Virus record (IMG/VR): IMGVR_UViG_3300020044_005319
Span: 1-41,800 of that record
DNA length: 41,800 nucleotides
Source of the DNA: a virus
Taxonomy: Duplodnaviria; Caudoviricetes
Direction: 5' to 3' (one strand)
Both the position numbers and the translations under genes were made by a program. The notes beneath the pieces are model-generated. The model had not been told where the DNA came from, ran no database searches, and worked only from the letters and a program-made list of their open reading frames with translations. Below are positions 1 to 6,635 of this stretch, one piece after another (position 1 is the stretch's first letter; each line of letters opens with the position of its first letter).

Positions 1-703
1 CACGCATCAGTGAAGCCGCCATCCAGTAGCGATAGGGGTTCTGCTCGGTGAAGAAGCCCTCGGACACTTCCCAGATTTTGCTTGGAATACCGGCCGCCTC
101 GTCAAACTGCAGCAGCAGACCGTAGGGGTTGTGGACACCGGCAAAGGCGTTGGGGTTGTCTTCGGACCACGTTTGGCCAGCGCAGAACCAATACTTCGGA
201 TCCACACCCAGACCGCCATCCTCGGGCAGCTTCTTGACGGTGTTGACCAGCCACGGGGCCGGCACGATGCGCATGGTTTCCAGTTCAAACCAGTGGGCGT
301 TGATGGCGGCACCAAACCAAACTGCGTACTCCGGAAACGTGCGGCTGCGCAACTGGCCTTCTGTGTTAGCGGTCACTATCGTTGTGGCGCCGATCCGAGT
401 GCTCATGTGCCAGTGGGCGACCATACCGAACTTGGCGGACTTACCTGGGCCACGGCCGCTCGAGCGGGCTTCCTTCCAGACCTTCAGTGGCAAGCCGTTC
501 TCATGCCGGAACGCCTGCTCTTGGGTGTGCTCGACAATCCGTTTGAAGTCATCCATCTGCCAGCGGCGGGGTCCGGTGAACTTTTCAAAGGGCGTGCCTT
601 TGCGGCCCCACGGATATGCGTAGCTGACGAAGCCAACCGGGTCATCCCGCAGCGCCAGCACCTGCGCCAGTATCTCGGACTCTTGCTCGACATTACCGCG
701 CAT
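1..703 (-). CDS. terL: Terminase large subunit, N-terminal ATPase part (runs off the left edge)
   Basis: Not in the ORF track because it has no stop in the window. Manual translation from ATG at 703 (SD GGGAGAG upstream): MRGNVEQESEILAQVLALRDDPVGFVSYAYPWG...GPRRWQ..., Walker A SSGRGPGKS, Walker B LLLQFDEA. Open to position 1. Confidence 0.9.
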   Translation of the reverse strand, partial: MRGNVEQESEILAQVLALRDDPVGFVSYAYPWGRKGTPFEKFTGPRRWQMDDFKRIVEHTQEQAFRHENGLPLKVWKEARSSGRGPGKSAKFGMVAHWHMSTRIGATTIVTANTEGQLRSRTFPEYAVWFGAAINAHWFELETMRIVPAPWLVNTVKKLPEDGGLGVDPKYWFCAGQTWSEDNPNAFAGVHNPYGLLLQFDEAAGIPSKIWEVSEGFFTEQNPYRYWMAASLMR

Positions 704-715
704 CGACTCTCCCGT

Positions 716-756
716 GTGATTACGCTTTCCCATTTCATTAGGGAAAGCGTAATCAC
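716..756. repeat. Perfect 16-bp inverted repeat (hairpin) in the terL leader
   Basis: GTGATTACGCTTTCCC (716-731), 9-nt loop, GGGAAAGCGTAATCAC (741-756). It ends just upstream of the terL SD. Confidence 0.9.
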
Positions 757-794
757 CGTAACACTGGCAAACCGTAACGAAACCGTACCGTAAC
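756..794 (+). repeat. Three CCGTAAC heptamers at 16-bp spacing
   Basis: Copies start at 756, 772 and 788. They are the reverse complement of the GTTACGG array at 1735-1880. Confidence 0.85.
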
Positions 795-820
795 GTATCG
801 CCAGAGATATTTAATAATTA

Positions 821-830
821 ATTATGGCAC
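821..830 (-). promoter_or_regulatory. Putative extended -10 promoter for terL
   Basis: Minus strand GTG-C-CATAAT in an AT-rich context; no clear -35. Confidence 0.35.
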
Positions 831-1005
831 AAAATTTTCTATAAAATTTTGCGCAGGGTCGGCTTCTACAACCCCGCACCGGTGCTCGGCGCCGGATTTT
901 GCCCCCTACTACCCCTGCACGCCCCCCTCTGAAAAATTCTGCCCTGCAGCCTGGCGCAAAACAGGCAAGTCCCTGATTCTGCACGCATTACCTGCATCCT
1001 GCGCA

Positions 1006-1033
1006 ATTTGACATAATGGTTATTATACACTAC
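1006..1033 (-). other. dif-like XerC/XerD recombination site
   Basis: Minus strand GTAGTGTATAA-TAACCA-TTATGTCAAAT has 11-6-11 geometry. The XerD arm matches E. coli dif TTATGTTAAAT at 10/11; the XerC arm keeps the inner ATAA. Confidence 0.6.
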
Positions 1034-1054
1034 TGCGCTGCACCAAGCGTGTAT

Positions 1055-1067
1055 AATCAATGAGTTA
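1055..1067 (+). promoter_or_regulatory. IHF consensus box
   Basis: AATCAATGAGTTA fits WATCAANNNNTTR exactly. Confidence 0.6.
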
Positions 1068-1125
1068 GCGCCGGGCGCATGTGCGTAATTGTTGATTATG
1101 CGAGGGGTGCGCTGCAGCATGTGGG

Positions 1126-1644
1126 TTAGAGTAGGCCAGCAGCGTCTAGGGTTGCGTGAGTGATAGCCTGTTGAGTGTGCGCGCGGGCGTCGCTAGCTTC
1201 GGCGGTAATAATCCTATCGCCTTGCACTAGCTTTGGTTCCTTGGCTGCAGCTAGGCGTGCGTTCGCATCCTTGATGATTGCGGTTAGATCAACGGTTTTA
1301 ACATTGATGTCTGCGCGTGTACGCTGGCCATATCTATCTGGATCCCGTTTTTCTGCTATCCATTGCAGGATCCCGGCCTTAACTCTTGCGCCTTTAGCAT
1401 TGCCGTCAGCCTGGTTCATTACATCAACCATTTGATCGACAAAAGAATCAGCTGAATCTTTAATGGCGTCATACCAGGCAGCTACAAGATCCGGCTTGCC
1501 GTGTCGATACGCCCAAAGGTCAGCGCGCGTCAATTCATACGCGGCAGCCGTGTGGTCAATCCGGGCGCCATCGCGGATTGCCTGAAGGATTGCCGGCCAA
1601 ATGCCGTCAATCTTCGCCCTTTTCTCTACGCTTATTCCAGCCAT
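1126..1644 (-). CDS. terS: Terminase small subunit
   Basis: N-terminal HTH-like segment and ARVKAGILQWIAEKRDPDRYG, typical of Sf6 gp1-like TerS; lies upstream of terL. Start placed at ATG 1644 (MAGISVEK) rather than the ORF-track start. Confidence 0.8.
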   Translation of the reverse strand: MAGISVEKRAKIDGIWPAILQAIRDGARIDHTAAAYELTRADLWAYRHGKPDLVAAWYDAIKDSADSFVDQMVDVMNQADGNAKGARVKAGILQWIAEKRDPDRYGQRTRADINVKTVDLTAIIKDANARLAAAKEPKLVQGDRIITAEASDARAHTQQAITHATLDAAGLL

Positions 1645-1650
1645 GTATTC

Positions 1651-1660
1651 AGAATACCAC
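1651..1660 (-). promoter_or_regulatory. Extended -10 promoter for terS, probably giving a leaderless mRNA
   Basis: Minus strand GTG-G-TATTCT, then 6 nt, then the ATG at 1644; no SD. Confidence 0.45.
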
Positions 1661-1734
1661 ACACCACAAAAGCCAAAGCGAAACGCCCGGCACAATAATT
1701 ATCTGCCAAGGGGTTTAATTCATTCCGGTACGCC

Positions 1735-1920
1735 GTTACGGCCCGTTACGGTTTTACTGTGTCTATAGACACACAGTAAAAGCCGTATCGATACGGAATC
1801 GTTACGGTTCGTTACGGTTCGTTACGGTTTCGCTATCGTAAGTCATTGATTTTTGGTAAAACGATACGGTTTTGTTACGGTTTTTAATACCCTTACATTA
1901 CGTAAGGTCATTACCGTATC
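1735..1920 (+). repeat. Iteron-like GTTACGG/GATACGG array with palindromes (origin- or packaging-site-like)
   Basis: GTTACGG at 1735, 1745, 1801, 1811, 1821 and 1874; GATACGG at 1790 and 1863. Near-perfect palindrome TTTTACTGTGTCTATAGACACACAGTAAAA at 1752-1781; perfect CCGTATCGATACGG at 1783-1796. Confidence 0.8.
1839..1851 (-). promoter_or_regulatory. IHF consensus box
   Basis: Minus strand AATCAATGACTTA; 12/13 identical to the box at 1055 and inverted relative to it. Confidence 0.6.
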
Positions 1921-1993
1921 GGGTATCAAGTTAGCGTATGCTCACGTCCACCGTATGAACTAAATAAATAATTAAATAATTCATTAAAACCCA

Positions 1994-2022
1994 TTGACAT
2001 CGAATTAAAGGGGGTTTAGCCT
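1994..2022 (+). promoter_or_regulatory. Sigma70-type early promoter
   Basis: TTGACA-N17-TAGCCT preceded by an AT-rich UP-like tract (1960-1990), upstream of the first early gene. Confidence 0.7.
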
Positions 2023-2064
2023 TGGCAACAGTATCACCTAACAACGAAACCGAAAGGGCACAAA

Positions 2065-2253
2065 ATGAACAACCGACTGAAAGCAAACTTGATCGAATAC
2101 ATCGAGGAACACGGTCATCGCGTTGACTTGGCACAGAGCAACGGCGCCATGATTGCTGCGGAGGAAACCGGCACCAAGTATGGCGTTGAATACCGCGAAT
2201 GGGTTATGCTTCCCGTCAACGTGCAGGCTGTGCGCGATTGGTTGGGTTATTAA
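2065..2253 (+). CDS. Hypothetical early protein
   Basis: 62-aa ORF with purine-rich SD (AAAGGG), first gene after the promoter. Confidence 0.7.
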   Translation: MNNRLKANLIEYIEEHGHRVDLAQSNGAMIAAEETGTKYGVEYREWVMLPVNVQAVRDWLGY

Positions 2254-2254
2254 A

Positions 2255-2353
2255 ATGCTAATCCTTATCCTGTTACTTTGCGTTATCACTGGCGCCTTGA
2301 TTGCGCGCCCTGTTATTCACACACTTCGGAGAATTCAATCATGGAATATGTAA
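2255..2353 (+). CDS. Small hydrophobic peptide
   Basis: MLILILLLCVITGALIARP..., 32 aa, ATG immediately after the previous stop. Confidence 0.35.
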   Translation: MLILILLLCVITGALIARPVIHTLRRIQSWNM

Positions 2354-2691
2354 TTCATGGCCTGCACAAATTCGCTGAACAAGATGATTGGACTAATGGC
2401 TGTTTACCCGATACGGCCGTTGATGCTTTTATTGAAGTATCTTTTCGCGGCCGCACAAAAGATGAAGTCTTGCAAAAGGCTGCAGATTTTGTAGGCTGCA
2501 CATTGGCAGATATTGAGCGCGATGCGTGCGACGAAACCGGCCGCATTGATTTAGCCGTAACTGAAACCGATGAAGGTTACACGCTAGACGCTGCACAAAT
2601 GGCCGCATGGACAAAGGGCGAACTCCGCGCATGGTATTGCGTTTACACTGGCCACTTGCAGCAAGTCAAAACCGTTACGGCCGCAGATTAA
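2341..2691 (+). CDS. Hypothetical acidic early protein
   Basis: ATG at 2341 with GGAG SD; MEYVIHGLHKFAEQDD... Confidence 0.7.
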   Translation: MEYVIHGLHKFAEQDDWTNGCLPDTAVDAFIEVSFRGRTKDEVLQKAADFVGCTLADIERDACDETGRIDLAVTETDEGYTLDAAQMAAWTKGELRAWYCVYTGHLQQVKTVTAAD

Positions 2692-2745
2692 CCCCACAAT
2701 TTAACCCTTCGCCAGCTGGCGATACTTTGAAAAGGAAATATCATC

Positions 2746-3186
2746 ATGGCCAATGCAATCAGCAATCAAAACGACGTTATAGATTCACGCGATGTAATCG
2801 AGCGTATCGAGGAATTACAGAGCACGCTCGAAAGCTATCACGATGATCAAGAAACTACGCTTTCTTTTGAGTTTGCTTTACAAGACGCGGCAAACTTTCC
2901 CGATAACGTCGAGGAATTTGAGGAATTGCGGCAGTTGCTGGCGCTGCAATCCGAGGCAGAATCATCGCCGGACTGGATCCATGGCGAATGTCTTATCCGT
3001 GAAGATCATTTCACGGATTACATCGAGCAGCTGATTGATGATTGCTATGAGCTGCCCAAGGAATTCAAGTCCGGCGAATGGCCATGGCGGCACATGACCA
3101 TTGATTTTGAAGCGGCCGCGAATGAAGCCAAGGCGGATTACATCGAGGCAGATTTTGACGGCGTGACGTATCTGATCCGGGCATAA
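2746..3186 (+). CDS. Highly acidic early protein, possible ArdA-like antirestriction DNA mimic
   Basis: AAGGA SD; very D/E-rich; C-terminal IDFEAAANEAKADY resembles the ArdA C-terminal IDYEAxxRDL motif. The function is inferred. Confidence 0.5.
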   Translation: MANAISNQNDVIDSRDVIERIEELQSTLESYHDDQETTLSFEFALQDAANFPDNVEEFEELRQLLALQSEAESSPDWIHGECLIREDHFTDYIEQLIDDCYELPKEFKSGEWPWRHMTIDFEAAANEAKADYIEADFDGVTYLIRA

Positions 3187-3268
3187 AGTAACCCTCAACG
3201 GCCAGCGCCTTAGCAATAGGGCGCTAGGCGGTGCGGGTTTCGCACTATCTGACAGAAAGGGAATTATC

Positions 3269-3529
3269 ATGGAAATGTATCACATCGAAGTAACTGATAC
3301 TTATGGCGGCGAGGCTAACTATTCATGGAAAAAAGACTGGCTAGTGGCCGCCAATTCGCCACAAGGCGCCATCAGCAAACTGGCGAAGGCCGAGGGATCC
3401 GGATGGCGTAAAGAATGGGATTCTGGCGATACCGTGCGCTATAACCTGGCCGGCGCATGTATCTGTGCGTTTGTGTCATATCTGCCGGAATCCGCAGTTA
3501 GCAGCTATAACGGCGTCAAACGGATATAA
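3269..3529 (+). CDS. Hypothetical early protein
   Basis: SD AAAGGGA; contains EVTDTYGGEANYSW. Confidence 0.75.
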   Translation: MEMYHIEVTDTYGGEANYSWKKDWLVAANSPQGAISKLAKAEGSGWRKEWDSGDTVRYNLAGACICAFVSYLPESAVSSYNGVKRI

Positions 3530-3530
3530 A

Positions 3531-3749
3531 ATGACGCCCCTTAACAAGACAGTAAACCGCCGTACAATCGGCACGCACCGCGGCCGTCGCTTTGTCGTGA
3601 TCCTGGAACCTGGCGACGTGATCGGGTTTCGGCCTGAGCGCACGCGGACCGTGTTCTATACGACATTGGCCGCATGTTTTGACATGGCGGTTCGTCAGCA
3701 TGTGGCCGCCAAGAAAGCAGCTAAACGAAAAGAGAAAGGGACCAAATAA
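3531..3749 (+). CDS. Hypothetical basic protein
   Basis: ATG at 3531 just after the previous stop; MTPLNKTVNRRTIG...; stop overlaps the next ATG. Confidence 0.65.
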   Translation: MTPLNKTVNRRTIGTHRGRRFVVILEPGDVIGFRPERTRTVFYTTLAACFDMAVRQHVAAKKAAKRKEKGTK

Positions 3750-3958
3750 TGAAACGCACAGTACCTCAATCAGTATTTGATACGCCGGAAGCCATTCGCG
3801 CAGCCAGATTAGGACATGCAGAAGCTTGCGCAGAGCTGGATAAACTGCCGCGGCATATGCTCAATGAAGGCAATCCAAATCATCCGATGTACGACGCTAA
3901 ATTATTCGGTTATGACCGGGCAGAATTCATGGCTAAACAGTACAAGGTTAAACAATGA
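3749..3958 (+). CDS. Hypothetical protein
   Basis: TAATG coupling with the upstream gene; 69 aa. Confidence 0.65.
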   Translation: MKRTVPQSVFDTPEAIRAARLGHAEACAELDKLPRHMLNEGNPNHPMYDAKLFGYDRAEFMAKQYKVKQ

Positions 3959-4059
3959 AACCAGAAACCCTCACAGAATGGCTAAGCGAATGCCTGGCGG
4001 CCGCGTGCGTGGTCGCCTTGCCTGTGGTCTTGCTGTTTATTGGCTATGCTTTGGCGTAA
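3955..4059 (+). CDS. Small membrane peptide
   Basis: ATGA overlap; MKPETLTEWLSECLAAACVVALPVVLLFIGYALA (34 aa). Confidence 0.5.
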   Translation: MKPETLTEWLSECLAAACVVALPVVLLFIGYALA

Positions 4060-4200
4060 CCTTCCCGCACTTCGGCGCCGGCGATTACTTAACCTGCAGG
4101 CCCATGCCGAAGTGGCGGCCTTGCATGGCGATACGGCGTACAGCCGGAAAGCCATGCGCATTTATTGGCGATTTCACCCTAACGCCCGGCCTTGGAATTT

Positions 4201-4392
4201 ATGGTAAATCTGCCGGAAACCTGGCCATTTCCCCCTGCGGTAATCGCGCCTGACAAATCGGATCCGCCGGTAATCGCGGATAAACCTATTGACACGCCAA
4301 AAAATACCAGTATTATGGGCCTGCGCGGTAATCGCGGCAGGACTGTAAAGCCTCCGGTAATCGCCGGGGATATTGACGATGCACCTTTTTGA
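4201..4392 (+). CDS. Hypothetical Pro-rich protein
   Basis: MVNLPETWPFPP...DIDDAPF; overlaps the repeated DNA motif and a promoter. Confidence 0.45.
   Translation: MVNLPETWPFPPAVIAPDKSDPPVIADKPIDTPKNTSIMGLRGNRGRTVKPPVIAGDIDDAPF
4289..4316 (+). promoter_or_regulatory. Sigma70-type promoter
   Basis: TTGACA-N16-TATTAT flanked by the decamer repeats. Confidence 0.55.
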
Positions 4393-4404
4393 TTGGAGAA
4401 AATC

Positions 4405-4773
4405 ATGCGCAAGTTCACAGTAATCGCACCCGATGAAATGACCCTGGCCGATGTGCGTTCAATGCTCCCCGGCTGCACGGTTTCTGAAGTGAAGGTAAAA
4501 GCGAAGGCCAGCAAAATCGACGCTGATTTCGAGCCGGTAATCGTGTATAAAAACGGTGAACCGTACAAAGAGATCGATGGTGTGAGCGCACAGAAAGCCA
4601 TTGCCAAGATCATGGCAGAGACCCGCAAAGGCCAGAACTCCGATGGCCGGCACAATTCAATGTACCCGAATTGGGGCGGAAAGCCGGACGCTGAAGTTGA
4701 ACGGTACATGCTGCAGTTTTGCCGTGCCACGCATCACAAAATGGCCGATTATACCAATGGGGTGCGCGCATGA
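4405..4773 (+). CDS. Hypothetical protein
   Basis: GGAG SD, ATG at 4405 (MRKFTVIAP...). Confidence 0.7.
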   Translation: MRKFTVIAPDEMTLADVRSMLPGCTVSEVKVKAKASKIDADFEPVIVYKNGEPYKEIDGVSAQKAIAKIMAETRKGQNSDGRHNSMYPNWGGKPDAEVERYMLQFCRATHHKMADYTNGVRA

Positions 4774-4964
4774 ACTACCACATCAAACCCCAGGGCGACA
4801 GTTTTCTGGTAGTCCAGACGGATCCGGACAACGCCAAGGACCGACTGGCAGAGCGAATTATCGCCGTGTGCGGTAATCGCGCCGATGCGGCGCAAGTGGT
4901 GGCCGGGCTGTACGCTGTAACCGGCGCCAAGGATGAACCGGCCGGCGGTATTGGCCAGCATTGA
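4770..4964 (+). CDS. Hypothetical protein
   Basis: ATGA overlap with the upstream stop; MNYHIKPQGDSFLVV... Confidence 0.6.
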   Translation: MNYHIKPQGDSFLVVQTDPDNAKDRLAERIIAVCGNRADAAQVVAGLYAVTGAKDEPAGGIGQH

Positions 4965-4989
4965 CAACCCCGCAGTAATCGCGTATCCT
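4961..4989 (+). promoter_or_regulatory. Sigma70-type promoter with a decamer in its spacer
   Basis: TTGACA-N17-TATCCT; CAGTAATCGC lies inside the spacer (4973-4982). Confidence 0.6.
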
Positions 4990-5011
4990 CTTACAATCGG
5001 AGACAACAATC

Positions 5012-5206
5012 ATGGGCATGAAAAACACCGTTCGTTATCTGTCGCAGGCTGAGAAACCGATCAGCCAGGTATTCGATACTGGCCGGCGCGGTAATCCGCT
5101 GCCGGGATGCGATTGCGTGCAATGCTTCGGGTACTGCTCTGTCAATTACGAAGTGGCCGAGCGGGAGAAAGCTGAGAAACGTGAAACCCCGGTGGTGACA
5201 GAGTGA
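5012..5206 (+). CDS. Hypothetical protein with Cys cluster
   Basis: GGAG SD; CDCVQCFGYC is a possible metal-binding motif. Confidence 0.6.
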   Translation: MGMKNTVRYLSQAEKPISQVFDTGRRGNPLPGCDCVQCFGYCSVNYEVAEREKAEKRETPVVTE

Positions 5207-5559
5207 AGCGCGCGGTAATCGCGGCTGCCCTGCTGGCGCTGACTGGTTGCACGGTGGTCAACGAGCACCGGGCGCCGCCGGCAGACTGGCCACAGCTGGA
5301 AGTGACAGTCGAAGAAACCGGCTTTTGGGAAACACAGGAGAAGTGCGGCCGTAACGTGGCCGAGGTGATATTGATAGGCCCTGCTCTTGGCTGCGCGTAT
5401 ATCAATTTCGACGAAATGCGCTGCCGGATATACCTGTGGCTGAATAATGTGCTGGCGCATGAACTGCTGCACTGCCGAGGCTACGATCACTACGGGTCGT
5501 CGGATCTGCGCGACTATTGGGAAACCTGGAAAAAGGATAATCAGAATGTGCAACGGTAA
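5203..5559 (+). CDS. Lipoprotein with metzincin-type zinc-binding motif
   Basis: Signal peptide and lipobox MKRAVIAAALLALTG-C; HELLHCRGYDH matches HExxHxxGxxH. Confidence 0.75.
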   Translation: MKRAVIAAALLALTGCTVVNEHRAPPADWPQLEVTVEETGFWETQEKCGRNVAEVILIGPALGCAYINFDEMRCRIYLWLNNVLAHELLHCRGYDHYGSSDLRDYWETWKKDNQNVQR

Positions 5560-5689
5560 TTGCGATCAAGGCCGGCAGTGCGACTGCCTGACCAGCGATC
5601 TGTTCGACGGCCTGTTTACGTTTGGATTTGCGATGGCGATGTTCGGGCTTGGTTTCGGTGCTGGATATTTGGTGTGGAGGTTTTTATGA
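5546..5689 (+). CDS. Small Cys-rich membrane protein
   Basis: AAGGA SD; MCNGNCDQGRQCDC followed by a hydrophobic helix. Confidence 0.6.
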   Translation: MCNGNCDQGRQCDCLTSDLFDGLFTFGFAMAMFGLGFGAGYLVWRFL

Positions 5690-5747
5690 TTCCGATTGAC
5701 GCAGCCATCAAGGAGCAATCACATATCACCCGCGCATCGGAGGGTAA

Positions 5748-5999
5748 ATGAGATTCACTGACATTTGTAAGACGTATATCGACAGGGCCGATATTTCGCT
5801 GTCGCATCAGATGGATTTTGAAACTTACCTCCGCAACCACGCAAAGGAGATTATCAATCTGGTGGAGGCGGCGGAATTACAGAATAAGCAATGGAACTCC
5901 CCGCTAGTATCGGAAGCATTGGCCTCGCTGAATAAGGAGCCGCCCAAAGAGATAGACCCCAACAAATGGGCCTTTGACCGGAAATTGGAAAGCTACTGA
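5748..5999 (+). CDS. Hypothetical protein
   Basis: GGAGG SD; 83 aa. Confidence 0.65.
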   Translation: MRFTDICKTYIDRADISLSHQMDFETYLRNHAKEIINLVEAAELQNKQWNSPLVSEALASLNKEPPKEIDPNKWAFDRKLESY

Positions 6000-6000
6000 C

Positions 6001-6480
6001 ATGAACACCTGGATCCTCGGCGTAGACCCCGGCCTCTCTGGCGCCATGGCGATGCTGAACGCCGGCGCCGTGGACGTGTTCGACATTCCGACCACCACGC
6101 GCACGGTCAACAAGAAAGAGAAACGCCAGATTGACCCATACCAGTTATCCGCATGGCTGGAGATACAGCGCCCGCTGATCAAGTTCGCCGTGGTCGAACA
6201 GGTTGGCACCATGCCCGGCCAGGGTGTCACGTCCGCGTTCAATTTTGGCTTTACAACAGGCTGTATTCACGGTATTATTGCAGCCTGTGGTATTGAAGTA
6301 CGCACGGTACCGCCGCAGGTGTGGAAGCGGAAATATGGGCTGCTCGGCCAGAACAAGGACGCCAGCCGCGGGGAAGCGAGTCGCCGGTTCCCGCAGTTCA
6401 CCCACCTGTGGCAACTGAAGAAGCATGACGGCCGGGCAGAAGCGGCGCTGCTGGCACTTTATGGGAGCGAGATGACATGA
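6001..6480 (+). CDS. RuvC-like Holliday junction resolvase
   Basis: ILGVDPGLSGA, VVEQV, PQVWK and DGRAEAALLA match the RNase H-fold resolvase motifs. Confidence 0.85.
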   Translation: MNTWILGVDPGLSGAMAMLNAGAVDVFDIPTTTRTVNKKEKRQIDPYQLSAWLEIQRPLIKFAVVEQVGTMPGQGVTSAFNFGFTTGCIHGIIAACGIEVRTVPPQVWKRKYGLLGQNKDASRGEASRRFPQFTHLWQLKKHDGRAEAALLALYGSEMT

Positions 6481-6635
6481 TCCCCTCAATCGCAGAACAG
6501 TTGCTGTACATGGGTCTGGGCGCCGGCATTATGCAGCTGATCCATGAATACTACGACGCCAAGCCCGACCATGGCCGGGTGTTCGGTGCCATCCAGATGG
6601 TGATTTTCTGGGCTTACCTGCTACTCAAAGCATGA
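6477..6635 (+). CDS. Small membrane protein
   Basis: 52 aa with ATGA overlaps at both ends and two hydrophobic stretches; below the ORF-track cutoff. Confidence 0.55.
   Translation: MIPSIAEQLLYMGLGAGIMQLIHEYYDAKPDHGRVFGAIQMVIFWAYLLLKA

Larger units (their letters stand above)
4238..5222 (+). repeat. Cluster of co-oriented CGGTAATCGC decamers
   Basis: Exact copies at 4238, 4268, 4326, 4355, 4871 and 5213. Variants: CAGTAATCGC at 4418 and 4973, CGGTAATCGT at 4535, CGGTAATCCG at 5089. Confidence 0.9.

Noticed and set aside
1008-1036. Sigma70 promoter from TTGACA at 1008
   Set aside because: No -10 at 16-18 bp spacing and no gene downstream on +; the hexamer is better explained as part of the XerD-like arm.
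4238-4364. CRISPR mini-array or TIGR-like guide array
   Set aside because: Repeats are only 10 nt, spacing becomes irregular, copies lie inside coding genes, and no Cas or Nop-domain protein was recognised.
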